From the NCBI GenBank assembly GCA_028284905.1, contig JANQQU010000060.1, positions 147,226 through 211,225 on the forward strand: DNA of 64,000 bases, in the 5' to 3' direction. Below are positions 19,933-30,240 of this stretch, one piece after another (position 1 is the stretch's first letter; every line of letters starts with the position of its first letter). Both the position numbers and the translations under genes were made by a program. This stretch comes from Calditrichia bacterium (GTDB lineage: Bacteria; Calditrichota; Calditrichia; RBG-13-44-9; J075). Below the pieces are notes generated by a model, which was not told the origin of the DNA, searched no databases, and saw nothing but the letters and a program-made list of their open reading frames with translations.

Positions 19933-20472
19933 ATGGCAGAATACGCGTCCTATAGTGATCCTGAGTTGGTAAATGCTATTCGGGAGAACAACACAATAGC
20001 ATTTAAAACATTATACTTCCGCTATTATGAGAAACTGTTCTATTTCGTCTGGTTTCGCATTCGTAATGAGGAATTAGCTAAAGATATTGTCCAGGAGCTT
20101 TTTTCCCGCGTTTGGAATAATCGGGGCTCTTTGGATGCGTCAAAATCTATCAAAGCTTACCTTTATCGCATTGCCAGCAATCTGGTAATAAACAATCTTC
20201 AGAAACAAACTGTAGAGCGAAAATACTTAAAAGAATTACCCCCGGAAAAGTTCGTTACGACTCCCAACGAAAATTTTGATCTGCAGGAAAAGATTCGTGA
20301 AGCGATCAATGCGCTACCGGAAAAAGCGCAGACAGTTTTTATACTGCACCGCTATGAAGGTTTTACCTATGCGGAAATTGCCCGTAGTCTGGAAATTTCC
20401 ATTAAAACGGTAGAGAAGCGGATGAGCCATGCATTAAGATTGCTTCGCGACTCGCTGGCACCGTTCCGATAA
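19933..20472 (+). CDS. ECF sigma-70 factor (FecI-like)
   Basis: AKDIVQELFSRVW, YLYRIASN, LHRYEGFTYAEIARSLEISIKTV; adjacent to fecR. Confidence 0.93.
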   Translation: MAEYASYSDPELVNAIRENNTIAFKTLYFRYYEKLFYFVWFRIRNEELAKDIVQELFSRVWNNRGSLDASKSIKAYLYRIASNLVINNLQKQTVERKYLKELPPEKFVTTPNENFDLQEKIREAINALPEKAQTVFILHRYEGFTYAEIARSLEISIKTVEKRMSHALRLLRDSLAPFR

Positions 20473-20601
20473 CGAAGCTTATACGCCTGATAAAACCGAA
20501 AGAAATAATATTTTTTAATTTTAGGGAGGGATTTAAATTGCTAATCGGTATTGATAATGAAGCATAGAAACAATTGATCTTTAGAATGTTGTTAGGAGAG
20601 A

Positions 20602-21621
20602 ATGATGGAAGGAATGGAGGACTTTCAAATCCTGACCCGGATTTTTTCCGGGGAAATTTCCCTATCGGAGCAAAAGAAAATTGATGAGTGGTTAGCTGCC
20701 TCACCGGCAAATCGCGAACTGTATGACACTGTAAAACAGATTCTGGACAATGCAGTGCCTGGCGAACGTCCGTCATTGCCAGACGTTGAACAGGAATGGC
20801 GATCGCTGGCCAATAATCTGAATCTCGCTTTAGCAGAAACGCCTACACGGCAACCTGTCCCGGACAGACGGCGGACGCACTTTTTTCGGGACCTCTTTAC
20901 TTTTCAATGGCAGCCGGCAATTAACTTTGCGGTTGTTTGCCTACTTGCTGTTGGTGCTTTCTTAGTTTGGCAAAGCACTGCTACACCGGCGTTGCTTACA
21001 CTGGAAACCCCTGCCGGTAGTCAAGAACAGATTACTTTGTCAGATGGGTCGACAGTCTATCTAAACCATGAAAGTCAATTAGCCTATCCCGAGAGTTTTT
21101 CCGGGGATGAACGCATCGTTCATCTGAAAGGTGAAGCATTCTTCGATATTGCGTCATCGGTTGATCGACCGTTTATTGTGCAGACAGACGAATCACAAAC
21201 GACAGTACTCGGCACCCGGTTTAACATCTGGAGCAGAGACCAGCGGACGCGCATCGCTGTCGAAGAAGGCAAAGTCAAATTTGAGAATGAAAACGATTCA
21301 ATTGTATTAGTCGATGGAGAAGGCAGTATTTCCGCAAACAATAGCCTTCATCCAAAGATCAGCATCGACAGCGGTACTATAGGCAGTTGGCGAAACAATC
21401 AACTTTCCTTTTATTTTGCAACTTTGCCGGAAATATCCGGCGAATTGAAGCGGGTATTCAACAAGCAAGTTCGATTAGAAGTTACGGCACCGGAAACTTT
21501 TATCCTTACCGGCGAGTTTGAGAAGAGTTCATTGGAAACAGTGCTTTCTTCGATATCTCTGGCACTAAACCTTGAATACCGGATGGATGGTGATTATATT
21601 GTTTTCTTTCAACAAGAATGA
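20602..21621 (+). CDS. FecR-family anti-sigma factor
   Basis: N-terminal WLAASPAN, TM helix, LSDGSTVYLN, GEAFFDI, VLGTRFN. Confidence 0.92.
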   Translation: MMEGMEDFQILTRIFSGEISLSEQKKIDEWLAASPANRELYDTVKQILDNAVPGERPSLPDVEQEWRSLANNLNLALAETPTRQPVPDRRRTHFFRDLFTFQWQPAINFAVVCLLAVGAFLVWQSTATPALLTLETPAGSQEQITLSDGSTVYLNHESQLAYPESFSGDERIVHLKGEAFFDIASSVDRPFIVQTDESQTTVLGTRFNIWSRDQRTRIAVEEGKVKFENENDSIVLVDGEGSISANNSLHPKISIDSGTIGSWRNNQLSFYFATLPEISGELKRVFNKQVRLEVTAPETFILTGEFEKSSLETVLSSISLALNLEYRMDGDYIVFFQQE

Positions 21622-21629
21622 GATAACGA

Positions 21630-24275
21630 ATGCTAAGAGCCCCGGGCTACAAAACACTTTATATTCTGCTTCTGGGGCTCTTCTTCCAAACTTGTATTTT
21701 TGCCCAAACCACACTGTTTGACAGCACTTTTGTTACCGCCAAATTTAATAAAACCCCGCTACACGAAGCACTCCAGGAACTCCAGGGTCAAATCCCTTAT
21801 AATTTCGTCTACAGCAATCGATTAGTTGAGAATATCGTTGTAGACAGCGACTTTGATAATGCCCCTTTGCCACTGGTTCTGAACAGCTTATTCCGCGGCA
21901 CACCAATCCTCCACAAAGTTTTGAACAAACAGATCATCCTGGTTGAAAAGCCGCTGACAACTCAAAATTATGATGTGAAAGGATATGTATTTGATGCGGT
22001 AAGCAAAGAACCGCTACCCTATGCAAACATCTACCTTTCAGATTCCCGAATCGGTGCAACTTCGAATACGGAAGGGTATTTCATTCTCTTGAATATTCCA
22101 GCCGGCCTGCAAGAGCTCACAATAGAATATATTGGTTACAAAACACAACTATTCGACCTCAATGTGGCAGTTCCTCCCCCGTTACTAACGATAGAAATGC
22201 AGCCGAACCTCATCCGTGGTCAGGATGTTACCATAACCGAAAAGAATTCTGCAAACATCCAACTAAGCGGTCCGGACAGGGAATTACGACTTTCTCCGCG
22301 GGCATTGTTTAAAATACCGGCGGTTGGTGATGAGGACATATTTCGGGCCCTGCAACTATTACCGGGCATCAAAACATCCGGCGACGGTTCTTCCGGACTG
22401 CATATCCGCGGTGGTACACCAGATCAGAACCTGATACTTTTTGATGGCATGACCATTTATCATACTGACCATTTTCTGGGATTTCTAAGTGCATTTAATA
22501 CTGCTGCAATTAAGGATGTCCGGGTATTTCGGGGAGGATTCCCGGCAAAATACGGCGGGCGGACTTCCGGGGTAATAGAATTAACCGGCAAGGCAGGGAA
22601 TCCCGAAAAGTTTAACGGCAGCATTGGTTTCAATTTGCTGAGTGCGAATTCCCATGCGACGATTCCGATTGCAGGGAAGGGCGCCCTGTCGCTTTCTTTC
22701 CGCCGGGCCTATACAGATATCGTTAAATCCGGTGCTTATAATAATATCGTCGGATTATTTTTCAATGAAGACAATGATGCTGCAACAACTTACAGTAACA
22801 ATGGAGAATTAATTTCTCTTTCCCCAAAGATGTATTTCTATGATTTTAACAGCAAGTTATCCTTCTCGCCAACTCGCTCGGATAACATTGCTATCAGTTT
22901 CTATAGCGGCCGGGATAACTTAAACATCTCGGAGACTGTCAGCATCTTAAGTAATATCAGCGATACAACGTCAACGATTTTAGATATTAATGAACGCATC
23001 AAATGGGGGAATGTCGGTTACAGCTTGAAATGGTCCCGCATTTGGAATCCCCGGTTCTACACCAATTTTATCGCGGCTCGCTCAGAATTTATCAGCCGCT
23101 TCAATGAAGATCTTCTTGTAGATGGCGCTGACAGCACCTCAATTCCGATTTCATTTCGTGATGACAATAAGGTAGAAAGCAGAAACCTGACAATCGACAA
23201 CGATTGGCATATTTCCACGAACAACCGGCTCGGATTTGGCATATCTCTCAACTGGTCCGGCATTGATTATGACTATACTCAGAGCGATACGCTGAATGTG
23301 CTAGAGGAAAGGTTGTCTGCTTTTCAAGGCGATTTTTACGTACAAAGTAACCTTAATTTTTGGCAGCGCCTTGATTTAAACCTGGGCGTTCGTTCTACCT
23401 TTTATGAACTTCAGGAGAAATTTTATTGGGAACCCCGACTTTCTTTTGTATATTCTATTTTGCCCAGCTTCACATTTCAGGGTAGTTGGGGTTTGTATCA
23501 TCAGTTCGTCAAGAACATTGTTAACGATGATCTTTTACAAAGGAGACAGGGATTCTGGTTACCGGCGGACGCCTCATTAACGCCGGAGTTCGCCAGACAT
23601 TTTAGTGCAGGGTTAGGTTACGAGACGGAACAATACCATATTGCCGTAGATGGATATTATCGCAATATGACCGGGCTGCATCGTTTTTCATTGCAGTTTG
23701 TCGAAAATGACAGCGATTTTGATCGGCCGGAATTATTTCTACAAGGCAATGCGGAAGCAAAAGGTATTGAATTTTTTGCCCAAAGGAAGGGGCAGCATTT
23801 TTCCGGATGGGCCAGTTATACAATCTCGAAAACATCGAACCGTTTCCCCACTTTAAATGATGGCAACCCATTTCCCGCAAACAATGATCAGAAGTATGAG
23901 TTTAAAGTTGCCGGCCAATATCTATATCGCAACTGGCATTTTGGCGCAAACTGGGTTTTTGCCTCCGGGCGCCCACACAACGCCCCGGAAAGCCAATATC
24001 TGATCGCTTACCTTGATGGCACCGTACGCCGCAATTTTTACCTGGGAGAGCTAAACGGTGACCGTCTGGCTGATTACCATCGACTCGATCTCAGCGTTTT
24101 CTATCGGATTGAAAAGCAGTCGCCGAAAGCTGAAATCGGATTGTCAGTGTTTAATGTTTACAATCGCAGCAACACCTGGTTTCGCAAATACAACTTATTC
24201 ACGACACCAGTTAGCGTCAGGAACATTAACATGCTCGGTATAACGCCAAATGTCTCTTTCAAACTGTTTTTTTAA
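21630..24275 (+). CDS. TonB-dependent receptor with N-terminal STN signalling and carboxypeptidase-like domains
   Basis: STN-like segment (PLHEALQEL...FVYS), KGYVFD...EPLPYANI, plug LQLLPG/IRGGTPDQN/GGFPAKYGGR, C-terminal Phe. Confidence 0.92.
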   Translation: MLRAPGYKTLYILLLGLFFQTCIFAQTTLFDSTFVTAKFNKTPLHEALQELQGQIPYNFVYSNRLVENIVVDSDFDNAPLPLVLNSLFRGTPILHKVLNKQIILVEKPLTTQNYDVKGYVFDAVSKEPLPYANIYLSDSRIGATSNTEGYFILLNIPAGLQELTIEYIGYKTQLFDLNVAVPPPLLTIEMQPNLIRGQDVTITEKNSANIQLSGPDRELRLSPRALFKIPAVGDEDIFRALQLLPGIKTSGDGSSGLHIRGGTPDQNLILFDGMTIYHTDHFLGFLSAFNTAAIKDVRVFRGGFPAKYGGRTSGVIELTGKAGNPEKFNGSIGFNLLSANSHATIPIAGKGALSLSFRRAYTDIVKSGAYNNIVGLFFNEDNDAATTYSNNGELISLSPKMYFYDFNSKLSFSPTRSDNIAISFYSGRDNLNISETVSILSNISDTTSTILDINERIKWGNVGYSLKWSRIWNPRFYTNFIAARSEFISRFNEDLLVDGADSTSIPISFRDDNKVESRNLTIDNDWHISTNNRLGFGISLNWSGIDYDYTQSDTLNVLEERLSAFQGDFYVQSNLNFWQRLDLNLGVRSTFYELQEKFYWEPRLSFVYSILPSFTFQGSWGLYHQFVKNIVNDDLLQRRQGFWLPADASLTPEFARHFSAGLGYETEQYHIAVDGYYRNMTGLHRFSLQFVENDSDFDRPELFLQGNAEAKGIEFFAQRKGQHFSGWASYTISKTSNRFPTLNDGNPFPANNDQKYEFKVAGQYLYRNWHFGANWVFASGRPHNAPESQYLIAYLDGTVRRNFYLGELNGDRLADYHRLDLSVFYRIEKQSPKAEIGLSVFNVYNRSNTWFRKYNLFTTPVSVRNINMLGITPNVSFKLFF

Positions 24276-24344
24276 GTACGCGCAGTCATGCATTTTTGCA
24301 GTAACGTTTATCTATGTGAATTTTATCTTAAAATAGGCACAAAT

Positions 24345-25247
24345 ATGAAACCAGCGTTACTTTCGATTATTTTTCTGGCATTCGCCCTCTCATCCTGTAC
24401 AGAGAACACACCTCTAAGTATGGAATCTTCCCAACAAGTTGTCGTTCAGGGTTACCTCGTTGCAGGTGAACCGGTTAAGAACATTCAACTGAGTACAACT
24501 TTCTCCTTGTTTTCCCAGGATAGTATTGCGCCGCCGATAAATGATGCAAAAGTGTCCCTGGTCCGTGATGGCGTTAAATATGAGCTGGTCAACTCCAATG
24601 CTGAAGGCTATTATCATTATCCTGCGGAAGATCTTGATGTAAACATTGGCGATGTTTTTCATCTTGAAATTCTCTCTTTCGGTAAGGTTATCACTGCGAA
24701 AACCATTGTTCCGGAAATTCCGGAAGGCATTGAACAGGATGAAACGCTGCTTCTCATAACCCAGGACAACGCTGTCAATTCCGAGATTAATATCAACTGG
24801 CGATCCCAATCAAGCGGTGAATGGTTTCACCTCGTCATCATAGAAAATCTTGATCAAAATCCGGGAGAAATTACCCGCGATGCTTCCAATCCTCCTTCAT
24901 TAACACAACAAGGTGTTTTTATCGATGCAGCCGATGCACTGAACACCTTACCATTCAACAATGGTAAAAGTATCGCCCGGCAGCCAATAGTTGAGCGCCC
25001 GGAGGTGTTTATCTCCTACCCTATCTCTAAAACAACATTCAATGTTACTTCACAGGAATTAACCCATACCGGCAAACACTACTCGAGGATCTATCGAGTG
25101 AATCAGGAATATGCCGACCTCTATGTATCACAACAGCAGGATGTGCACAATTTAAACGAGACTTTGTCCAACATCAACAATGGCCTGGGCATATTTACTG
25201 CTTTCAGTGCCAGCGACAGCCTTTTCTTCCGGGTTCGCCAAAAGTAA
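24345..25247 (+). CDS. DUF4249-like outer-membrane lipoprotein associated with the TBDR
   Basis: Lipobox LSSC; VVVQGYL; C-terminal SNINNGLGIFTA. Start moved to ATG 24345. Confidence 0.8.
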   Translation: MKPALLSIIFLAFALSSCTENTPLSMESSQQVVVQGYLVAGEPVKNIQLSTTFSLFSQDSIAPPINDAKVSLVRDGVKYELVNSNAEGYYHYPAEDLDVNIGDVFHLEILSFGKVITAKTIVPEIPEGIEQDETLLLITQDNAVNSEININWRSQSSGEWFHLVIIENLDQNPGEITRDASNPPSLTQQGVFIDAADALNTLPFNNGKSIARQPIVERPEVFISYPISKTTFNVTSQELTHTGKHYSRIYRVNQEYADLYVSQQQDVHNLNETLSNINNGLGIFTAFSASDSLFFRVRQK

Positions 25248-25268
25248 ATTCAAAAAACCTTCCTTTAT

Positions 25269-25292
25269 AGATGAGGCCACGGTCTCATCTTC
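25269..25292 (+). terminator. Hairpin after the TBDR operon
   Basis: agatgaggc-cacg-gtctcatct stem followed by pyrimidines. Confidence 0.4.
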
Positions 25293-25426
25293 TCTGCTTA
25301 ATTTTACATTCTTTGTCAGTTCTTAGGGTATACTCTTCATCAACGGTAATACTTGTATACTTATTTGACACGAACCGTTCGAGCAGCGGCGATAGTTCAC
25401 TATATGGCTAATTGAAAGGATGTAAA

Positions 25427-28400
25427 ATGAAGCAGGCATTACGGAGTATTTTAATATTTCTTGTTTTACTCTTAACCAGTTTTGCTTATGGACAAAAACC
25501 TGAAAGCAACAAGTTATTGGAAATCATTCCTAATGAGAAGGAAGCACATTACCGGTTCGAAAATATGCGGATCAGCAAAGAAACCGGTGCTCCTCTGGCA
25601 TTGTATCATGTCAATTATACAATCAAGGAAAAGGTTTATTCCCCGGAAGAAATGGCCCGGATCTATCTTCGAAATAATGCCGCGCTTCTCCAAATAGACC
25701 CGCAACTCGACAACATCGTCCATCGCATTACCCGGGAGACTCCCGGCGGATATCATGTGCGATTTTATCAAACAGAACAGGGATTTCCGGTTTATGGTAG
25801 CAGCATCGTCGTGAACATCGACCGCAAACAAACGGTCAACCTGGTAATGAACAGCGTCAAGCCAAGAATAAATCTTAGAAATCCACATTCCGAAAAAACG
25901 ACTACAGAGGCATTACAAATTGCTCAGAATTACCTTTCCGTTGATGAAACACCCTACCTGGAGAAGACGGAAACTGTCGCCTATTACAATGCCGGAGAGA
26001 GCCGTTTGGCACATAAAATCCTGCTTGGCCTTACCAAAACCAATCGCGGTGAATGGGAAGTACTTGTAGATGCACATAGCGGTGAAATTTTCCGGGTATT
26101 TGATCAGACACTATATCAAGGCGGCCACGAAGAGAATGTTGATGGCAGCGGCTGGGTTTTTGATCCTGATCCACTGACAACTTCCGGCGCTTCTTATGGC
26201 GGTGCATTTGGCGACAACAATGACGGCGATACTGATGAATTAACCGCTCAGCTTGTTCAGGTTACACTCCCGGACATTACTTTTGATGGATCCACCTATG
26301 AATTAACCGGTCCGTATGCAGAAATTGTCGACTGGGATGGCCCTTTTAAAGGCACATTTAGCCAGGACAGCAGTAACTGGCATTTTACCAGAAGTAACGA
26401 TGCGTTCGAAGCAGCCAATGTTTATTATCATATTGATCATTCCATGCGTTACATAAATGAGACACTGGGTTTCAACTTGCAGCCTTATCAGTATTCCGGT
26501 GGTGTTCAGGTCGATCCACATGGCTGGAATGGCGCTGACAACTCTTCCTATTCTCCCGGCAGCGGACGCCTGACTTTTGGCGAAGGTGGTGTGGACGATG
26601 CTGAAGATGCGGACGTAGTATTACATGAATTAGGACACGGACTGCACGATTGGCTGACGGCGGGAGGACTTTCCCAGGTAGACGGACTCAGTGAAGGCTG
26701 TGGAGACTACTGGGCTTCTTCTTATAATCGCAGCAAAGGGTTTTGGACGCCTTCCGACCCGGAATATTATTGGATGTTTCACTGGGATGGGCACAATCCT
26801 TTCTGGGGCGGCAGAATTATTAATTATAATGCAAACTATCCGAGCGGACTCAGTGGTGGCATCCACACCGATGGGCAGATGTGGGCAAGCACCTTGATGT
26901 CCATTTATGATGAAATCGGTCGGGAAGCCACCGACTTGAACTTTCTTGAAGGCCTTGCGATGACGAATGGTTCTTCAAGCCAAGAAGATGCTGCCCAGGC
27001 ATTTATTCAGGCAGACCTGGATTTGAATGGTGGTGTGAATCTTACTGCTATTGAGTTCTGGTTCACCCAGCGCGGATATGACGTGACTGTTCCCACCCCG
27101 AACATCGGCCATACACCGCTTAGCGATACTGAGAACGTCGATGGACCTTACAGTGTTCGCGCGAATATTACCGCTGCCTTTCCTCTGGAAACTGTTCAGT
27201 TGATTTATGGTACGGACGAAAGCTTCACCGATACGCTGGACATGGTATTTGAAGGTGAAAACAGCTATGCGGCAGACATTCCCGGCACTGGTTCTCCTGC
27301 AAATTATGTTTATTACATCCTTGCTGCGGATTCCGCGGATCTTGCCAGCACCTTGCCCGCTGGTGCGCCCGTAAACTATTACGGTTTCTCCACCGGTGCC
27401 GATGCCACACCGCCGGTAATATCTCACACGGCACTCGCCGGTGTCAGCCTTTTTAGTCTGCCGGTTGATGTCTCCGCGATTGTCACCGACAATATCGGCG
27501 TTGACAGCGTATGGGTAGAATATCAGATTGAAGATAATCCACTGGAAGCATTTACCATGGATCAAGGCAGTGGCGATGTTTTTACCGGCACGATGGACTT
27601 AGACAGTAGCCTGGTGATGATCGGCGATGAAATTTCCTATCGTATTTGGGCAGTGGATCTATCCACGCTGCAGAACACCGCTGTGCTACCTGCGGATACC
27701 GGTTTTTATACGTTTACCATTCAAAACGTTTTGACGACGACGCGAGTATCTCAAATCCCGATTCCCGATGATAATCCAACCGGCATCACGGACACATTCA
27801 CAGTGAATGTTCCTGAGGGGCAAATTATTGGCGACATAGATTTCATATTCAAAGCTCAGCACAGCTGGGTTGGTGATCTGATTGTCGAATTAACGAATCC
27901 CACCGGCGTTACCTTGCGCTTAATAGACCGTCCCGGCTTACCGGCCAGCCAGTTTGGCAGCTCGGCTAACGATCCCGATGTCATCCTCGATGATGCAGCC
28001 GAAACCAGTATTGAAGACATCAGCTTCGGTGGTAATGATCCGGTTATCGGCACTTTTCGTCCTTCACCGGATGTCCTCTCGGATTTAAATGGCACTGAAG
28101 CCGGAGGCACCTGGTCGATCATGGTTTCGGACAACGAAGGTCAGGATACCGGCGCCTTGCAGGAATGGGGCTTCATTCTTTCACTGGAAGCCGTAACCGG
28201 TATCGGCGATGACAACAATTTGGATTTACCGCAGGCTTTCCAACTGCATGAGAATTATCCCAATCCTTTCAACCCATCCACCACTTTACGGTATGATCTG
28301 AAAGAATCGGTGAATGTCCAGCTAACAGTGTACAATATCCTCGGTCAGCAAGTACGTACCCTGGTAAACGGCGCACAAACAGCTGGCCGGCAAAGCATTA

Positions 28401-28510
28401 ACTGGGATGGCCGGGACGATTTGGGACAGCAGGTTTCCAGCGGTATTTACATCTATCGTTTACAAGCCGGGGACTTTGTTCAGTCCCGTAAAATGATGTT
28501 GATGAAGTAA
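25427..28510 (+). CDS. Secreted M36/M4-like zinc metalloprotease with propeptide, P-proprotein domain and C-terminal sorting/FlgD-Ig domain
   Basis: Signal peptide; FTP/PepSY-like propeptide (HVRFYQ, VLVDAHSGEI); HELGH and SEGCGD; P-domain HSWVGDL...GTW; NYPNPFNPST C-terminal domain. Confidence 0.88.
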   Translation: MKQALRSILIFLVLLLTSFAYGQKPESNKLLEIIPNEKEAHYRFENMRISKETGAPLALYHVNYTIKEKVYSPEEMARIYLRNNAALLQIDPQLDNIVHRITRETPGGYHVRFYQTEQGFPVYGSSIVVNIDRKQTVNLVMNSVKPRINLRNPHSEKTTTEALQIAQNYLSVDETPYLEKTETVAYYNAGESRLAHKILLGLTKTNRGEWEVLVDAHSGEIFRVFDQTLYQGGHEENVDGSGWVFDPDPLTTSGASYGGAFGDNNDGDTDELTAQLVQVTLPDITFDGSTYELTGPYAEIVDWDGPFKGTFSQDSSNWHFTRSNDAFEAANVYYHIDHSMRYINETLGFNLQPYQYSGGVQVDPHGWNGADNSSYSPGSGRLTFGEGGVDDAEDADVVLHELGHGLHDWLTAGGLSQVDGLSEGCGDYWASSYNRSKGFWTPSDPEYYWMFHWDGHNPFWGGRIINYNANYPSGLSGGIHTDGQMWASTLMSIYDEIGREATDLNFLEGLAMTNGSSSQEDAAQAFIQADLDLNGGVNLTAIEFWFTQRGYDVTVPTPNIGHTPLSDTENVDGPYSVRANITAAFPLETVQLIYGTDESFTDTLDMVFEGENSYAADIPGTGSPANYVYYILAADSADLASTLPAGAPVNYYGFSTGADATPPVISHTALAGVSLFSLPVDVSAIVTDNIGVDSVWVEYQIEDNPLEAFTMDQGSGDVFTGTMDLDSSLVMIGDEISYRIWAVDLSTLQNTAVLPADTGFYTFTIQNVLTTTRVSQIPIPDDNPTGITDTFTVNVPEGQIIGDIDFIFKAQHSWVGDLIVELTNPTGVTLRLIDRPGLPASQFGSSANDPDVILDDAAETSIEDISFGGNDPVIGTFRPSPDVLSDLNGTEAGGTWSIMVSDNEGQDTGALQEWGFILSLEAVTGIGDDNNLDLPQAFQLHENYPNPFNPSTTLRYDLKESVNVQLTVYNILGQQVRTLVNGAQTAGRQSINWDGRDDLGQQVSSGIYIYRLQAGDFVQSRKMMLMK

Positions 28511-28539
28511 TCAGATTTAATCATACTTTTTCTTAGCAC

Positions 28540-28575
28540 AAAAACAGCCTCGATGATCATTGAGGCTGTTTTTTT
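28540..28575 (+). terminator. Rho-independent terminator
   Basis: aaaaacagcctc / gaggctgttttt stem with T-tail. Confidence 0.8.
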
Positions 28576-28712
28576 ATATCTGCCCGGTAGAAAAGACAGA
28601 GGATTTAGCTGTGAATCGTTGCGCTATCTCACGAAGCGTTTTATCTTATTGCCCTATAATGCGAGCGCAAAAGCGAATACGAGATTTTAATGATATAGCC
28701 CCAGGAGAAGAG

Positions 28713-29699
28713 ATGAATTTGCAAACAGAATTGAACGTTGCCATAGAAGCGGTGAAAAAGGCAGCCCAGTTAACGAAGAATGTGCAGGATAATCTGATCG
28801 CTGCAGACTCGGTGGAGAAGAAAGACCGCTCTCCGGTAACAATTGCGGACTTAGGGACTCAGGCATTGGTCAACATAGCAGTTCGGGCAGCTTTCCCGGA
28901 CGATGCATTAATCGGTGAGGAAGATAGCAACATTTTAAAAGAGAATGCTGACTTGCGTGCGAAAGTAATGGCACTAGTTGCGGGAGAAATTCCCGGTACC
29001 ACAGAATCTACAATGCTTGAGGCAATAGATATGGGCGCCGGCGAGACAGACTATCAAAAACGCTATTGGACACTGGATCCCATTGATGGCACAAAGGGAT
29101 TTATGCGTGGCGATCAATATGCAATTGCCCTGGCATTAGTTGTAGATGGGAAAGTTCAGCTTGGCGTTCTCGGCTGCCCAAACTATCCGCTGGAAACTGC
29201 TGACCCGTCAAAGAAAGGTGCTATTTTTTATGCCGTGGCAGGTGAAGGCGCTTTTGAACTGCCGCTAAACACCGACACACCTAAAAGAATTCGCGTTGAT
29301 GGACATAAGGATGGCGAACATGCCCGCTTCTGTGAGTCTGTGGAAGCTGCCCACGCGGACCATGATACCCATGCGGCCATCTCCCAACATGTCGGCATTA
29401 CCGCCGAGCCCTACCGAATTGACAGTCAATGTAAATACGCTGCCGTTGCCCGTGGAGACGCTTCCATCTACCTTCGCCTACCGCGCAGCCTAACTTATCG
29501 TGAGAAGATTTGGGACCATGCAGCCGGGGTGATTGTCGTTAAAGAAGCTGGCGGAAAAGTCAGTGACTTTAGCGGAAATGAACTAAATTTTGCACTCGGT
29601 CGCAAACTTGAAGATAACATTGGTATCTTAGCAACGAATGGTAGCTTGCATGCAAATGTGCTTTCTGCTATTTCCGAAACTGTCGCTTTAACAGAATAA
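28713..29699 (+). CDS. HAL2/SAL1-type 3'(2'),5'-bisphosphate nucleotidase
   Basis: KKDRSPVTIAD, GEEDS, WTLDPIDGTKGF, GVLGCPN, ESVEAAH, RIDSQCKY, EKIWDHAAG. ATG at 28713 after GGAG. Confidence 0.9.
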   Translation: MNLQTELNVAIEAVKKAAQLTKNVQDNLIAADSVEKKDRSPVTIADLGTQALVNIAVRAAFPDDALIGEEDSNILKENADLRAKVMALVAGEIPGTTESTMLEAIDMGAGETDYQKRYWTLDPIDGTKGFMRGDQYAIALALVVDGKVQLGVLGCPNYPLETADPSKKGAIFYAVAGEGAFELPLNTDTPKRIRVDGHKDGEHARFCESVEAAHADHDTHAAISQHVGITAEPYRIDSQCKYAAVARGDASIYLRLPRSLTYREKIWDHAAGVIVVKEAGGKVSDFSGNELNFALGRKLEDNIGILATNGSLHANVLSAISETVALTE

Positions 29700-29705
29700 T
29701 TTTTC

Positions 29706-29746
29706 AAAATAACCGGAAGCTCTCGGAAGAACTTCCGGTTATTTTT
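29706..29746 (+). terminator. Rho-independent terminator
   Basis: aaaataaccggaag / cttccggttatttt 14-bp stem. Confidence 0.75.
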
Positions 29747-30125
29747 CCGAGCATTTCCTTCCCTACTCCAAACCATTATTTAAATACAACTTACCAATCG
29801 ACCCTACCGGCTCAAACTAACAATAGAATAATTTTCATTTAGCCATTTTACCCTTCCTTTTACTGCTGCTGTTTTGAGCAGGTACTAAAAAATTCACCAA
29901 TTATCGGGAACTAATTTTCACCCTTGTGAATTTCATAGATAGTTATTATTCGAATTTCTAATTGATTTTATGGGAAATCTGTCAACAATTAACGGCATAT
30001 AAATTTTGTATTATACTAGCTCCTTAAAGGCACCTACTCTACCAAAATCTGACCGACTGATTTGTGGTTCGAAGTATCACAAAACCATCACAAAATGATA
30101 CATTTTAAAATAGCAGTCAACTTTT

Positions 30126-30141
30126 TGGTATGAATTTCGCT
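30126..30141 (+). promoter_or_regulatory. Putative sigma54 (-24/-12) promoter
   Basis: TGGTATGAATTTCGCT: GG(30127-28)-N10-GC(30139-40), similar to the consensus TGGCACG-N4-TTGCW; about 100 bp upstream of the AP2 gene. Confidence 0.55.
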
Positions 30142-30240
30142 ATAAACTAAAACATCATATTTTTAATACATTCTTACAATCATGTGTGAAAAAAGTATTC
30201 AATCTCAACAAAGTACCATCCAACTTACGAGGGAGTTACA

